Assembly (NCBI RefSeq): GCF_032191835.1
Contig: NC_083228.1
Location: 43,896,001 to 43,960,000, forward strand
Length of the DNA: 64,000 bases
Source: Heteronotia binoei
Lineage: Eukaryota
Reading direction: 5' to 3'
Below the pieces are notes generated by a model. That model did no database searches. It was not told the DNA's origin and saw only the letters and a list, made by a program, of their open reading frames with translations. Position 1 is the stretch's first letter, and each line of letters opens with the position of its first letter. Both the position numbers and the translations under genes were made by a program. This document shows positions 1 through 11,390 of this stretch, piece after piece.

Positions 1-246
1 AAGGCTTTTCTTTAAGGGGGTGGGGGGAAGCAAAGCTCTGCTCTTCATTTACCTAGAACAATATCTTGTTTAGAGGAAGAGGCACACACTTCTCTATATA
101 CCTCAGCAGCTAAATCAGACCTTAAGGATGGGACAACAAGACAAAGGATGCCAAAGGTGGTCAACAGCTATGCCAAGACCACATGGCACATTTGTTTCAA
201 AAATGAGAAGCAATTCTTTTGGACAGCTCCTGCTGTGGTTACATAC

Positions 247-343
247 CATGTCTCCTTTTTCTGATACAAATGAGTACAGTTCTGCCTTCTTCTCTCTCAT
301 CAGCCTGGCCTGCCTCCTCCATTTCTGAAGCACTTCTTTATCT
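247..343 (-). CDS. LRRC27: LRRC27 coding exon (97 bp), last one in the window; gene continues left of position 1
   Basis: Acceptor ttttttttag|A GAT AAA, donor ATG|gtatgt. Encodes DKEVLQKWRRQARLMREKKAELYSFVSEKGDM, which aligns residue for residue with recalled human [32 protein letters not shown]. Phase 2 in, phase 0 out. Confidence 0.9.
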
Positions 344-554
344 CTAAAAAAAATCAGCATGGTTTATGGAAAACATTTAATAAAGTTCACACTTGCAGCC
401 CCCACTCCTCCAATATGGAGGGCATTAAGTAAATTTTAAGTAGTAGCAGTGGCAGTAGTAAAAATTAATCAGAGTTATGAAAGTACCGCCATGTGGCAGC
501 AGTATGCGCCACTGCTGTTTCACTGCTGTTTAAATTCTATCATTTGAAAGAGAT

Positions 555-556
<2 letters not shown>

Positions 557-610
<54 letters not shown>

Positions 611-660
611 TTTATTTTTATATCCCGCCCTCCCCCGCCGAAGCGGGCTCAGGGCGGCTA
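557..660 (-). mobile_element. 3' tail of an L2-type LINE with a long (AAT)n microsatellite
   Basis: (AAT)n at about 557-609 followed by tttatatcccgccctcccccgccgaagcgggctcagggcggct, the reverse complement of the tail seen on longer L2 copies at 30.6, 48.1 and 62.3 kb. Confidence 0.7.
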
Positions 661-704
661 AGAGATATATTGTTTGAGGGAGTTGATCCTTTATGTGTGA
701 CAGT

Positions 705-935
705 ATCCAAATTAGAGAACTAATATAGTGCAGCGGTTAAAATTTTTGTCAAGAACTACGTCAGACACTATGGTTGAAATTGCCATTGTCATGTAGCTAG
801 TTGGGTGACCATGGATCAGCCATGTACTTCTCAGCCCTTCACAGGATTACTGTGAGGATAAAATGGAGAAAGGGCGCATGATGTACATTTCCCTGAGCTC
901 TTTGGGAAAAGGATGGAATAAAATGGGATAGAAAA
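705..935 (+). mobile_element. Old MIR-like tRNA-derived SINE
   Basis: Degenerate A/B-box head (tagtgcagcggttaa...ggttgaaattgcc) and core cacaggattactgtgaggataaaatggag. Confidence 0.55.
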
Positions 936-1917
936 TGATAATTTCTTCACTATGCCACGCTAATGAGTGCATATCGCTCACTGTTATGATTACCAGAGTC
1001 AACAGTAAAGCAATCCTGTTTGAAGTTTCTCTTGCCAAAGCTTGCCAAACAGTTGCAGTTCTTTTTATATTCCTTTACAAAGTAAAACACGTAAAACATG
1101 TAATGCTAACTATTGTATCAGGAGTTCCTGCACCATGAATGACTGCTTTTTATGACGTTACCTCACACTGAATCAGACCACTGATCCACCTAGGCCACCC
1201 AGCAGTGCCTCACCAAACCCCCAGGCAGAGGCTTTTTCCCAGCCCTCCTACCTCAGTTCCTTTTCACTGTGGGCTGAGCTGGGGAGATGCAGGATGCATG
1301 GGCAGAGCTACATATGAAAACAGCAGACCCAGATTCTCTTACTGCAGGTTGGCACCAAAGAGCAATAAAATGGAGTGGGTGGGAAGTGATTTCCAGTAAA
1401 GCAGCTGTGCATTGGGGGGGGGGGGGCTGTTATAATTTCACTCCATCTTCTCATTTCCTACTACAAGCCCTCTCTCTAGAGTCTCGACTATTCCTGCTGC
1501 CCATCACAGCTGATTTTCAGACTTATGAATTCGGCTGGGGGAAATACAGCTAAATGGACATTTTGTAAATGAAAGAGAGTGGCAGGCAAGGAACAGTTTG
1601 CCTGCTCCCTCTTCTTGTCTGTTGCTCACACATGTTTGCAATCATGCACATACACAGGAGTCTGTCACCCCTTTCTGTCATTCTGCCCTGAGTTTGCGGA
1701 TCCGGCACAGATCTGGTTAGATCATCAGGAAACAATGCAAAGCCCTCCACCCCACCCAGCAGCAGAACCAAATGTGCATATTCCTATCAGCAGATCACAA
1801 CATCAAAAAAGGCTGTGAGTTCTGTCAACTAGGAAGCAATCACATGATGGCAGGATACCACAGTGTTTAAAGACTGCACTGATATTAGCACAACCCCCCC
1901 CCCCAAATAATACTTGC

Positions 1918-2049
1918 TTTCTCCGCTGTTCAATTAAAGCCTGTTTCTCCTTCATTTCCTTGAGCGCTGCCAATCGACACTCTTCAGCCCTCTTAGACTG
2001 AATAAGCAGATCATAGGATGAAACTGCAGGAAACAGATTCTTCTTGTCC
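1918..2049 (-). CDS. LRRC27: LRRC27 coding exon (132 bp) with a GC splice donor
   Basis: Acceptor tttcaaaag|G. Encodes (R)DKKNLFPAVSSYDLLIQSKRAEECRLAALKEMKEKQALIEQRR(K), similar to recalled human ...[27 protein letters not shown]. Frame with the next exon requires the donor AA|gcaagt. Confidence 0.88.
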
Positions 2050-2380
2050 CTTTTGAAATAAGCACATTGGTATAGTTAATTAAAATTTTGCACTGTAGGA
2101 TACAGTGAAATAAATGATTAACAGCAATTTTTTTAAAACAAAGGGAGACGGATGAATTAAAGGTCTCTAACTCTCTTTTCCAGGACATTCCAGCTCTACA
2201 AATCAATCCCCCTACTTCAGAATGTGTGCTGCTCTGGTACCAGAGCTGAGCAACAATGGGAACATTTTACATAGGGCTGTTTAGATTTGGTTTTGATTGA
2301 AAAATCTGAATAATTTGGCATTACTCCTTCAGTCCTCTTCTTTCCAGGAAAGTGGAAACCATTAGCTTTTTGGCATGATT

Positions 2381-3462
2381 TGAACATATGAACATATGAA
2401 GCTGCCTTATACTGAATCAGTTGAACAAAGCAGGAGTCAAGTTGCACCTTTAAGACCAACCAATTTTTATTTAGAATGTAAACTTTCGTGTGCTCTTAAG
2501 CACACTTCATCAGACAAGGAATCCAGCACGGTGAACAAAGCCACACATAGCTGAGCAGCGCCATACATAGCTGGTAGGCAGTGGCCTAGAATGCAACATG
2601 GTACAGATTTAAGAACCAATGATAGTGAAGTAAAATTATCTTGTAGGCAGTGGTTTAGAATGTAAAATGGTACAATGACAGAATAGTAAAATTAACAAAT
2701 TGAGCAAACCTTTGATCTAAGCAGCATGAACATGCAAAAGCAGCAAAACAGCAGTATGCAGTAAAATTATCAAATTGAGCAAACCTTTGATCTGAGTAGC
2801 ATGAGCATGTGAAAGCAACAAAACAGTAGTATGTCAAAATGTGAGATTGTCTGTCAATGACAATGGGAGATGGGTTCAATATATGTAATGGGATAAGCAA
2901 CCAAAGTCCCTGTTTGAGTGTGTCAATATAGCTAAAAGAGAAATACATTGGATAGTGATGTTCTTGTCTACCTGATTTACTTTTTAACATGTAAACATCA
3001 TTCTAGTTTGCCATAGGAAAAAGGAATACAATAAAATATAGTGAAAATGGGTAAAGTATATGTAATGAGATATAGAGCCAATATCACTATTTTGAGTATG
3101 TCAATACAAATAATTATACTGATACACAATTCTAAAAGAGAAACACATTGGAATACTGTGGATGTATAGCTATACTCACTGAGAGTGGGTTTAGCATCTG
3201 TAATGAGATAAAAAACCAATATCCTTGTCCGCTTGGATTCAGACCAACACGGCTGCCCGCTTGGATCTTATACTGAATCAGACCCTCAGTCCATCAAAGT
3301 TAGTATTGTCTACTCAGACTGGCAGTGGCTCTCCAGGGTCTCAGGCTGAGGGTTTATCACGCCTATTTGCCTGGACCCTTTTTAGTTGGAGATGCTGGGG
3401 ACTGAATCTGGGACCTTCTGCTTACCAAGCAGATGCTCTACCACTGAGCCACCGTCCCTCCC
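2381..3462 (-). mobile_element. tRNA-derived SINE with a CR1-type (ATATGTTC)n tail, split by an insert at 2421-3266
   Basis: Head at 3462-3400 reads gggagggacggtggctcagtggtagagc...ggtcccagattcagtcc on the minus strand; tail catatgaacatatgaagctgcc at 2381-2420; an intact paralogue lies at 30365-30557. Confidence 0.8.
2421..3266. mobile_element. Penelope-like terminal (pseudo-LTR) fragment
   Basis: Begins with gagtcaagttgcacctttaagaccaac, the same terminal motif as the RT-bearing Penelope at 41678; flanked by a perfect direct repeat cttatactgaatcag; contains a 75-bp tandem duplication (2686-2760, 2761-2835). Confidence 0.65.
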
Positions 3463-4837
3463 CTTTGTCATGGACAAAGCTTATCTGTCACCTGGATAAA
3501 AAGTATTCCAACTGATTTGACCATAACTCTTCATGCAATTATGACTAAATGTATTTGCAGGGTTGCACTACGTCAAGATTTCCATCATGGCATAATCAGA
3601 TTACTGTACTGGGAAAAGAACAAGGGGGGGGGGAGACTTGTCCACAGCACTAGTGCAGCTAAAGTTAGCTGTCAATAACAGAACCATCCTAAGCAGAGTT
3701 GCACCTTTCTAAGCTCAACTTCAATTGATTTAGAGGAGTGCAATTTTGCATTGGATGGCAATGAAAATCCTATAGAGAGCAACGGTTGCTGTGACTAATT
3801 CCACAGGTTTCAGTGGAACCTAGATGTAACTAACTAGAACTGGATTGGAACCAAAATCCTCCTTCCTTCCCTCCTCTCATTCTTTCTCCCTACTGACTCA
3901 TGTGTTTTACATTGGAACAAAAGATTGGAATGAAAGAAATTCAGGACAGAATCAAGAAAGTATGCATTATTAAGGAGTTGAGCTGGTGGAGATCCCTGCT
4001 TAATGTTTCCATCATCATAAAGTGATTCTTATAAAGCATATTAAGAAAAGGAATCATATACCCACTGCTGGCAATAGTTTCCATTAGTGTATGGTAAAAA
4101 GCATTTTAACAGATGCAAAAATGCTTACAACTGTTGGTTTTGATTGCGAGGGACTGTGCCAGGAAATATTATAACATATAGAGCTGCCTATACCAAGTTA
4201 GAGTACTGGTCTGTTTAGCTCCGCGTTGCATACTGGCGGCCTCCTCCAAAGCCTAAGGCAGAGACAGGACTTCCTCTGCACCTTGATAACCCTTAAGTGG
4301 AGACATCATGAACTGAACCTAAGACTTTCTGCATGCGAATCGTGATGGATTGGTGTGTCAGTATTCAAAAAGGTATATTAGGCCTTGTAGACTTTTTTTC
4401 TTTTTTTTAGCAGAAGAGCTCCCCTCTGATCAAGAAGCACTGTTTCAGGCTTCACTTAGGGACAGGAGACCTTTCCGTAGGAAGGCATAATTCACACCAT
4501 GGTTCAAAGGCCTGCTTTTGCATCCATTCCAGGTTCAACTGCAAATCAACAAACACTCAGACTGGCAGTGGCCCACAAAATCATATTTGCTATAGGGTTC
4601 ATTATTACACTTCACAATAACCAGAAATATAAAAGCTCTTCAGGAACAGTACCTGGTGAGCTAAATCATAGGCTGATGATACCTTCTCTTAATGGTGTTT
4701 TTGAAGCTTCCCCATGTTTCAAAAATGGCTAGCTGCATAGCAAGGGAGGGTGGAGGGTTGCTGCTATGATAATATGGTGCTTTGAATACTGGCTTCTATC
4801 CACAAACTGTGGGAATTAAAGAAACCTGAACAAGAAC

Positions 4838-4950
4838 CCTGATCTGGAACCTGGGCAAGCCTGATCTCATCAGATCTCTGAAGTTAAGGAGGGTCGACCC
4901 CTGGTAAGTATAAGGAATACCAGGGCCAATACGCAGAGGCAAATAATAGA
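4838..4950 (+). mobile_element. Degenerate 5S rRNA-derived SINE fragment
   Basis: cctgatctcatcagatctctgaagttaaggagggtcgacccctggtaagta resembles the 5S rRNA internal promoter region. Confidence 0.55.
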
Positions 4951-5771
4951 ACTGCCTCTATGAATGTCCAAGCCCCAGTAGAGTTCTCCAGAAGTCAACC
5001 TGGCATGTGCGTGCACACACACATCCAGTACTCACAAAAAAGAAAAATCTGAACAAGCATGTTAACATTGCCCATTTCAAGGAGTGGACAGCCTGCCACC
5101 TTCTGGCTTTCTTCAGAAAAGAAAATACAGGGATGGTTTCTGTCCTACACATCTTTGTGCTAAACATGTGGCCCATGATACACCCTGCTGGTAAAGGGCC
5201 TTATTTGTGGTATTCTGTTGACTATGGCTTTGAATTGCACAGCACACGGGCCTTTTCTGTCTTCTACTTTTTCCTTGTCTACTTTCATAGCATTCCCTTA
5301 GAGGTCCAATTGTGCTATGGCCCATTTCTCCCTTAAGAGCAAAGTAGGGCTGTTAAGCCTGTCAAGCAATTTATAGCTCTTTGCAAGCTGAAGAGTAGTT
5401 ATCTTGTATATTATTGTTTGTTCAACAGACCAGAATATATGGAGTTCTACTTTTGCTCTTTGAAATGCAGTGCCGGCTTTTAAAAGAATTCTGCTAGAAT
5501 GGTCTGAAAGAAATGCTCAGCGTATTGATCCTTAACTTATTTTAATTTGATGTACGGCACATGGGTCATCTCAAAATACTCAGCTGTAATAATCATGTAG
5601 GTAAAGGAAAACATTTAAAATTTTTAATTATCATTGAAGGGTCCATGCAGTGGCTTCATGTTAAGCATTTGAACAGATTTTGCTACATGGACTGTAAGAA
5701 GAAGAAAAGAAAAGAGAAGGCAAGACTAGGTACTCATAAAACCAGCTTTTGAAGAGACCTCAAATGACCTA

Positions 5772-6071
5772 GAAGAGCCCCGTGGCACAGAGTGTTAAAA
5801 GCTGGTGTACTGCAGTCCTAAGCTCTGCTCACGTCACGACCTGAGTTCGATCCCCGGCGGAAGCTGGGTTCAGGTAGCTGGCTCAAGGTTGACTCAGCCT
5901 TCCATCCTTCTGAGATCGGTAAAATGAGTACCTGGCTTGCTGGAGAGGAAGTGTAGATGACTGGGAAAGGCAATGGCAAACCACCCCGTAAAAAGTCTGC
6001 CATGAAAACGTTGTGAAAGCAACGTCACCCCAGAGTCGGAAATGACTGGTGCTTGCACAGGGGACCTTTCC
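5772..6071 (+). mobile_element. Sauria SINE (tRNA head, BovB/RTE-type tail)
   Basis: gtggcacagagtg...gagttcgatccc head, ggttgactcagccttccatcct core, ggcaatggcaaaccacc...cacaggggacctt tail. Confidence 0.85.
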
Positions 6072-6361
6072 ATTCCAAATGACCTAAGATAATTTTGCTG
6101 ATTTATTGTGCTGTCTTTTGTAACTTTTGGGGAGAGGAGGTTAATAGTTGAAACTGTAAATGTGAACCATCTTAAGAGCTTGGGTAGAAAAGAATACAAA
6201 CATAGCAGTTAAATGAATCAACTCAAATCAGCAGAGGAGGGTTTTTAAAAAGTAAGCAGCAAGAATACCTGCAAAGTGCATTGGTTATTGAAATCCCAAC
6301 CTCACCTCATCTAGAATGAATAAGCAGAAATTACAATGGTATAAATCAGCAAAATATTAGG

Positions 6362-6720
6362 AGAAACTGTGGCTCAGTTGTAGAATGTTGTCTGCTTGGC
6401 ATGTGGAAGGTCCCAGGTTCAACCCCTACCACCTCCAGTCAAAAGGATCAGATAGTAGATAATGTCAGGCCTTTTTTGTAGAAAAAGCCCAGCAGGAGCT
6501 CATTTACATATTAGGCCACACCCTTGATATCACCATTGTTTCACACAGGGCTTTTTGTAGAAATTCACAGGAATTCATGTGCATATTAGGCCACACACCC
6601 TCACACCAAGCCAGCCAGAACTGCGTTCCTGTGCGTTCCTGCTCAAAACCCCCCCTGGATAATGTGAAAGATCTCTGAGAGCTGGAGAACTGCTGCCAGT
6701 CTGAGTAAACAATACCAACC
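6362..6720 (+). mobile_element. Old tRNA SINE (CR1-type tail family) interrupted by a hAT MITE
   Basis: gtggctcagttgtagaa...ggtcccaggttcaaccc head; body resumes after 6665 with ctgctgccagtctgagtaaacaatac. Confidence 0.65.
6466..6657. mobile_element. hAT-type MITE (CAGGG family), 192 bp
   Basis: Termini CAGG...CCCTG with a perfect 8-bp TSD gataatgt (6458-6465, 6658-6665); 8-bp TSDs are characteristic of hAT. Confidence 0.85.
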
Positions 6721-6744
6721 TTGAGAAGCTTTGTGTATTCATTA

Positions 6745-6905
6745 GCAAGAGTTGTTCAATGGTAGAGCAAACTGCCTTGGGAGGTGGTGGACTCTCCTTC
6801 ACTGAAGGTCATTATGCAGAGGCTGGATGGCCATCTGTCAGGAATGCACTGGATAGAGGGGTGGATTATATGAGCTCCAAGGCCCCTTCCACTCCTTAAC
6901 GCTCT
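6745..6905 (+). mobile_element. Old CR1 3' fragment
   Basis: caaactgccttgggaggtggtggactctccttcactgaagg...gaggctggatggccatctgtcagg...aaggccccttcc matches the CR1 ORF2 end and 3' UTR pattern. Confidence 0.6.
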
Positions 6906-8570
6906 ACAACCTCATTGCCCACCATCAATGCACTCAGGCTACTGGTACAGCTGCTAGAGTATATTAAATTCCAGGTCGGCCATGTTAGTCTGTTGCAACA
7001 AAAATAACAGTCTTGTGGAACTCTGTTCAGCTTCTGCCCCCCTCCCCCCAATCTTTCATGCAATAGAATGGTTTTACCTTTAGTGTCTTATTCAAGGAGT
7101 AATATGAGGAAAAACCCCTTATAAAACATCATAATCACCAGCTTGGTTGCCAGAGCACCTGGAGAAGTAGCTCACACACGTCTGGCCAGAGAGTGTGGGT
7201 ATACCTAACCAGACACGGAAGAGACTTGTGCAGTACCAGCAGCCATAACGCTACTAAAGCACTCGAAACTGGTAAAAGAGTGCCAACCAGGAAAATAGAT
7301 GGCTTCCCGTTGTTATGGGCACCCAATTAGGTGCCACCAATTAACTTGCTATTGGCTACTGCAGAAGTCCAGTCCTTATGGTCATTGCGGAGCCTCCCCT
7401 TTTTCTGAGGTCATGCACCAGCTGACCACTTTCCTCCTCCCTTGTACCTCCCATCCCCTAAGGGCTCAAGGTAGTCCTTATAACTTGTGGACTAGCTACC
7501 CACAGGTGTGCGTCTAGCAGTACCCCAGTTCCGCTGTCTAGATCCATCCCCGATTCTGGCCACAGTTGAGGGTCCCATTTCCCCCGTCCTCTTTCGTTGC
7601 CACTGGAGCCTTCCTGGAAGACTATGATTGGTAATTATCACCTTGTTTGTCTACCAATGTGTTGTTTCTATATCTCTTCTTATTTTTCCTAGGAGGACTG
7701 TATGTATGTTTCATGAGCACATTGCCTTGTATGTATGCCTATATTTTTTCTGGGATAAATTTTAATTGTTTTACTTAATTAGAGTCCTTGATAAATTTAA
7801 GCATTAATTTCTGGATGTGGAATCCTGTATACATAGATAAAAGATCCTATTAAGCCAGGTGCCCACCTGACAATTCTCCAACCTTATTTTGAGGGCATTT
7901 CGGCTTACAGTAAGCGGCATGAGCAAGGATCAAGCAGTGTGAGATGCAGGCAGGACTATGACCTAATTTATTCCATAGCCAAGTAGAACCACCCTCCCAT
8001 TCCTATTCAGGAATGTCATAAACTCCAGCTTCCTTTGTTGTGTGGTACCCATAGTGCAGGTTAAGGGCAATTTTGTAAACAAAAAGAGCAGTAATATCAC
8101 AATCCAGGACATGTGTATGCTGAAAAGTCTTGGGGGGAAATGACAAGAGATAATCAAAAGGTATCCTGCCACTTCACTTTGAAAAGTGCATTTTTTTTAT
8201 ATATGTATACTCCACTTTTCCTTTTTTACTCATGTTGGAAGCTTTTCTCCAATCTAAGGAGGCTTCCTCCAAATTAAGTGCTATTCCACTGGAAGAAGAG
8301 CCACTTAAATTGGCTTAAGGCTGGATGAAGGCTACTTGGAGGATGGCTGGATCCACCCCACCATGTAGGGTCATTGGAATAAGCAGAGGGGTCAGGTGTA
8401 ATTGCATTAAGCCACACAAAACAGGTCTGTACCAGAGAAATTAGTCCTTCAACTGCATAGTGCCAAAGTGTTCTGGCTTTTAAAATACAACACACACCAA
8501 TGTTTGTATTAGCAGAGCATAATGTAAACCTCTTATAAGAAACAAAGATGTATCATATACATTTGATTAC

Positions 8571-8817
8571 CTGGTTGAGGTGATAGACCATTTGCGAGAG
8601 AGGCTCTGTTTTGCATTGGATTTCTTTGTGAACACAGAAGTCATAGAGTCGTTGTGTAATTTTTGGTCTGCAAGATACTCGTCTCTTTCTTTTTGCATTA
8701 TTTCTTCTCTCAGCTTCTGAAATCGTATCATTTCTTCCTCATTAGGCCATCCATCTGATAAATCCATACTTGATTTCACGACATCCGTCAGGTTTAACTT
8801 TTCAATGGGAGGCATTT
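8571..8817 (-). CDS. LRRC27: LRRC27 coding exon (247 bp)
   Basis: Acceptor tttttgattctgacag|AA, donor AG|gtaatc. Encodes MPPIEKLNLTDVVKSSMDLSDGWPNEEEMIRFQKLREEI..., similar to recalled human [38 protein letters not shown]. Phase 1 in, phase 2 out. Confidence 0.92.
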
Positions 8818-10654
8818 CTGTCAGAATCAAAAAGAGCTCACTAGAGTCATTCACACAACAAATCAGAAAAGGAACCCAGCAAAAACAAGGAGTGTATGTA
8901 TGACTGTATCTACATGTGTGTGTACACTCACACATGTATATATTGCTTATCGGTTATGTAATTTTACTTATTATTTATTGTATAGAAATCTTGCTGATTG
9001 TTTTATGTTTTGATGTTCTTATAGTTTTAATGGTTGTAAGCTGCCCTAGTCCACCTGCAGGGAGTGCGGGATACAAATCCAATAAATTAAATAAAATAAA
9101 CCAGCAAAAATTACACACACACACTCTTCTCTTCAGGTTTAAGCATCAAGATAAATGTGACTTTACCCTTGAAAATCTGACTGGCTTCTCTCAGTGTCTC
9201 CTCTCTTCACCACTTATAAAGTGAAATCATAATCTGAAGCAGGAGCAGTAGGCAAAGAAGATAATAGTGCCATGAATGGAACAGGTAGCAAATGGCAGAG
9301 AACAAAGCATGATGAAAAGGAAAATAATACATGTTGCAGCTTGCTTGCTTTCTGCCACATAGAGTACATTTGAGTCTATTTTTTCCATATCCCCAAGAGC
9401 TGGATCCAGCCAGCTTTTTCAATTCAATCTTTCCCAGTTGTCCTCCTCAGTATATTCCCTGCCCCACATAACTTTTGTCAATGAATGTTCCATGAACCTT
9501 TTTTGGTAATCCAAGGGAATGCCTCCTTTTTTTACCAGCAGAAAAACTAGTTGGATTCAACTTCCACGTTTCTATCTACACTCTTATGCTCCCCGTTTTT
9601 AACACAATCTGACCAAAAATATGGAGTCTTTGGAACACCTCTTTCTCTTGACCCTGCATTCTCAGTTCAACAAACCTTTTCAAATTGTATAACTATTTGG
9701 TCCCATAAACTTTCTATCCTTAATATCACATCACTGCAGTCAAATTCAATGCTTACTAAAATGTCTGGATAAAGAATTATGAACTAAAGTTACTTTTAAT
9801 CACACAATAACCTTTTTGTGGCCATGCCAACTAATATGGTTTAATACAAAGAGGGAACAGTAGCCTGAGGCTTTCTTCTTGTTATTCTTCATGAGAATGC
9901 CAAGGTAACTGCCTCATCATAAGATCGTCCTACCTTCTGAGGATCTTCATTGCTTTCAAGTAAATGGACAGTTTTGTAGGATTTTCTACTAAGATTTCCA
10001 TAACCCAAGACTAGGGAGGCAGAATTCTGGGAAAGAACACTACCCAGAAAGATCGGGGGGGGGGGGAGTGCTTAATATTTTGGCAACAAGTTGCAGAACC
10101 GACTAAATCTCACAATCAGTCCCATTGGGAGATAATGGACAGCACCACTTCAGACTGCAGATAAAGGTAACTTATCATTGAATGTTCCCCATGCCTAAAT
10201 TAAAAACCCCTTGGAAATAGAAATCATCACAAGAGGCAAAGCCTAGTGATAGAATGTTTTCATTTTGTGCTACTTTTCTAATTTCAGGGATTTTTTAAAA
10301 CATGAAAGTATTTCAAAGACCTCTTGCATCTGTATTTTGAAGCAGTATGATCCATTTTGACCTACTCTACTGTATGGATAAACCTTGCACCTTTGTGCAC
10401 CTAACCCTGGAAGCACAACATTTCCTGATGTTACTAGTCACTTTCTGCTCTCCCACAGCCATAGAATAGAGCACAGAACTGACATACAAGTGTCCCTTTT
10501 GTTCTTTCACAGCCTGGTAAGGTACAGCCTTCTGCTGTGAGCTAATGGACCACACATTTGGAGATACCAATCACATATGGCTTGTGGCATAACACACAGT
10601 CAGGACGTACAATAATGCATCCACATTTTATGGTCTACATTTAGATGAATTGGA

Positions 10655-10925
10655 AAGAAGGACGACGATGACACTGGATTTATACCCCACCCTTCACTCA
10701 GACTGGCTTACAATCTCCTTTCCCTCCCTCTCACCACAACAGACACCCTGTGAGATAGATGGGGCTGAGAGAGCTCTCAGAGAATTGCTCTTTAGAGAAC
10801 AGCTCTACTGAGAACTTGTGGCTGACACAAGATCACACCAGCAGCTGCATTTGGAGGAGTGGGGAATCAAACACGGTTCTCCCAGATTAGAGTTCATAAA
10901 ATTAATCACTGCACCGAATTGGCTC
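10655..10925 (-). mobile_element. Squam3-like (MIR/Ther1-derived) SINE
   Basis: Reverse complement of the gagccagtttggtgtagtgg...ctgggagaaccgggtttgattcccc...tataaatcc pattern shared by six copies in the window. Confidence 0.8.
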
Positions 10926-11049
10926 CCAACTTTACTGATCCTAAATTAAACATGAATATGTAACAATATCTATGTCACATCTTTAAATTTTACATGCTTA
11001 CTTATGAACTGTTTTAACAATCTCATTGGTGGATATGTGAGGTTCAAAC

Positions 11050-11390
11050 ACATTAAATGTACACATACAACTGGAAAAGATTATTGGGTTCAATTAATAT
11101 AATCTAACATAAACTCCAGAGAATATGCATATTATGTAGAGATAAAAGAGCAGCACACACAAATCCCAAAGCAACCAGTTCATCGGATGTCTCCTGAGAC
11201 ATCCCAACAAGAACTTGAAATCTCCTTGCTTATGAAATGTCATTGAGGCTAGAAATATTTATGCAAGGAAGACAGGATCCCGGAAGACTTGTCTTTCAAT
11301 CTAATTGGTCTCCCGGGTAGAAAATGGGATGATTTTTATTCATTTATGGATATTTGTTAATGGAATAATGGGAAGCTTTTAGATTTAAAA
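11050..11390 (+). mobile_element. Degraded L1-like ORF2 C-terminal fragment
   Basis: Remnant peptides EARNIYARK and KWDDFYSFM resemble the end of squamate L1 ORF2; many stops; recognition by eye only. Confidence 0.4.
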
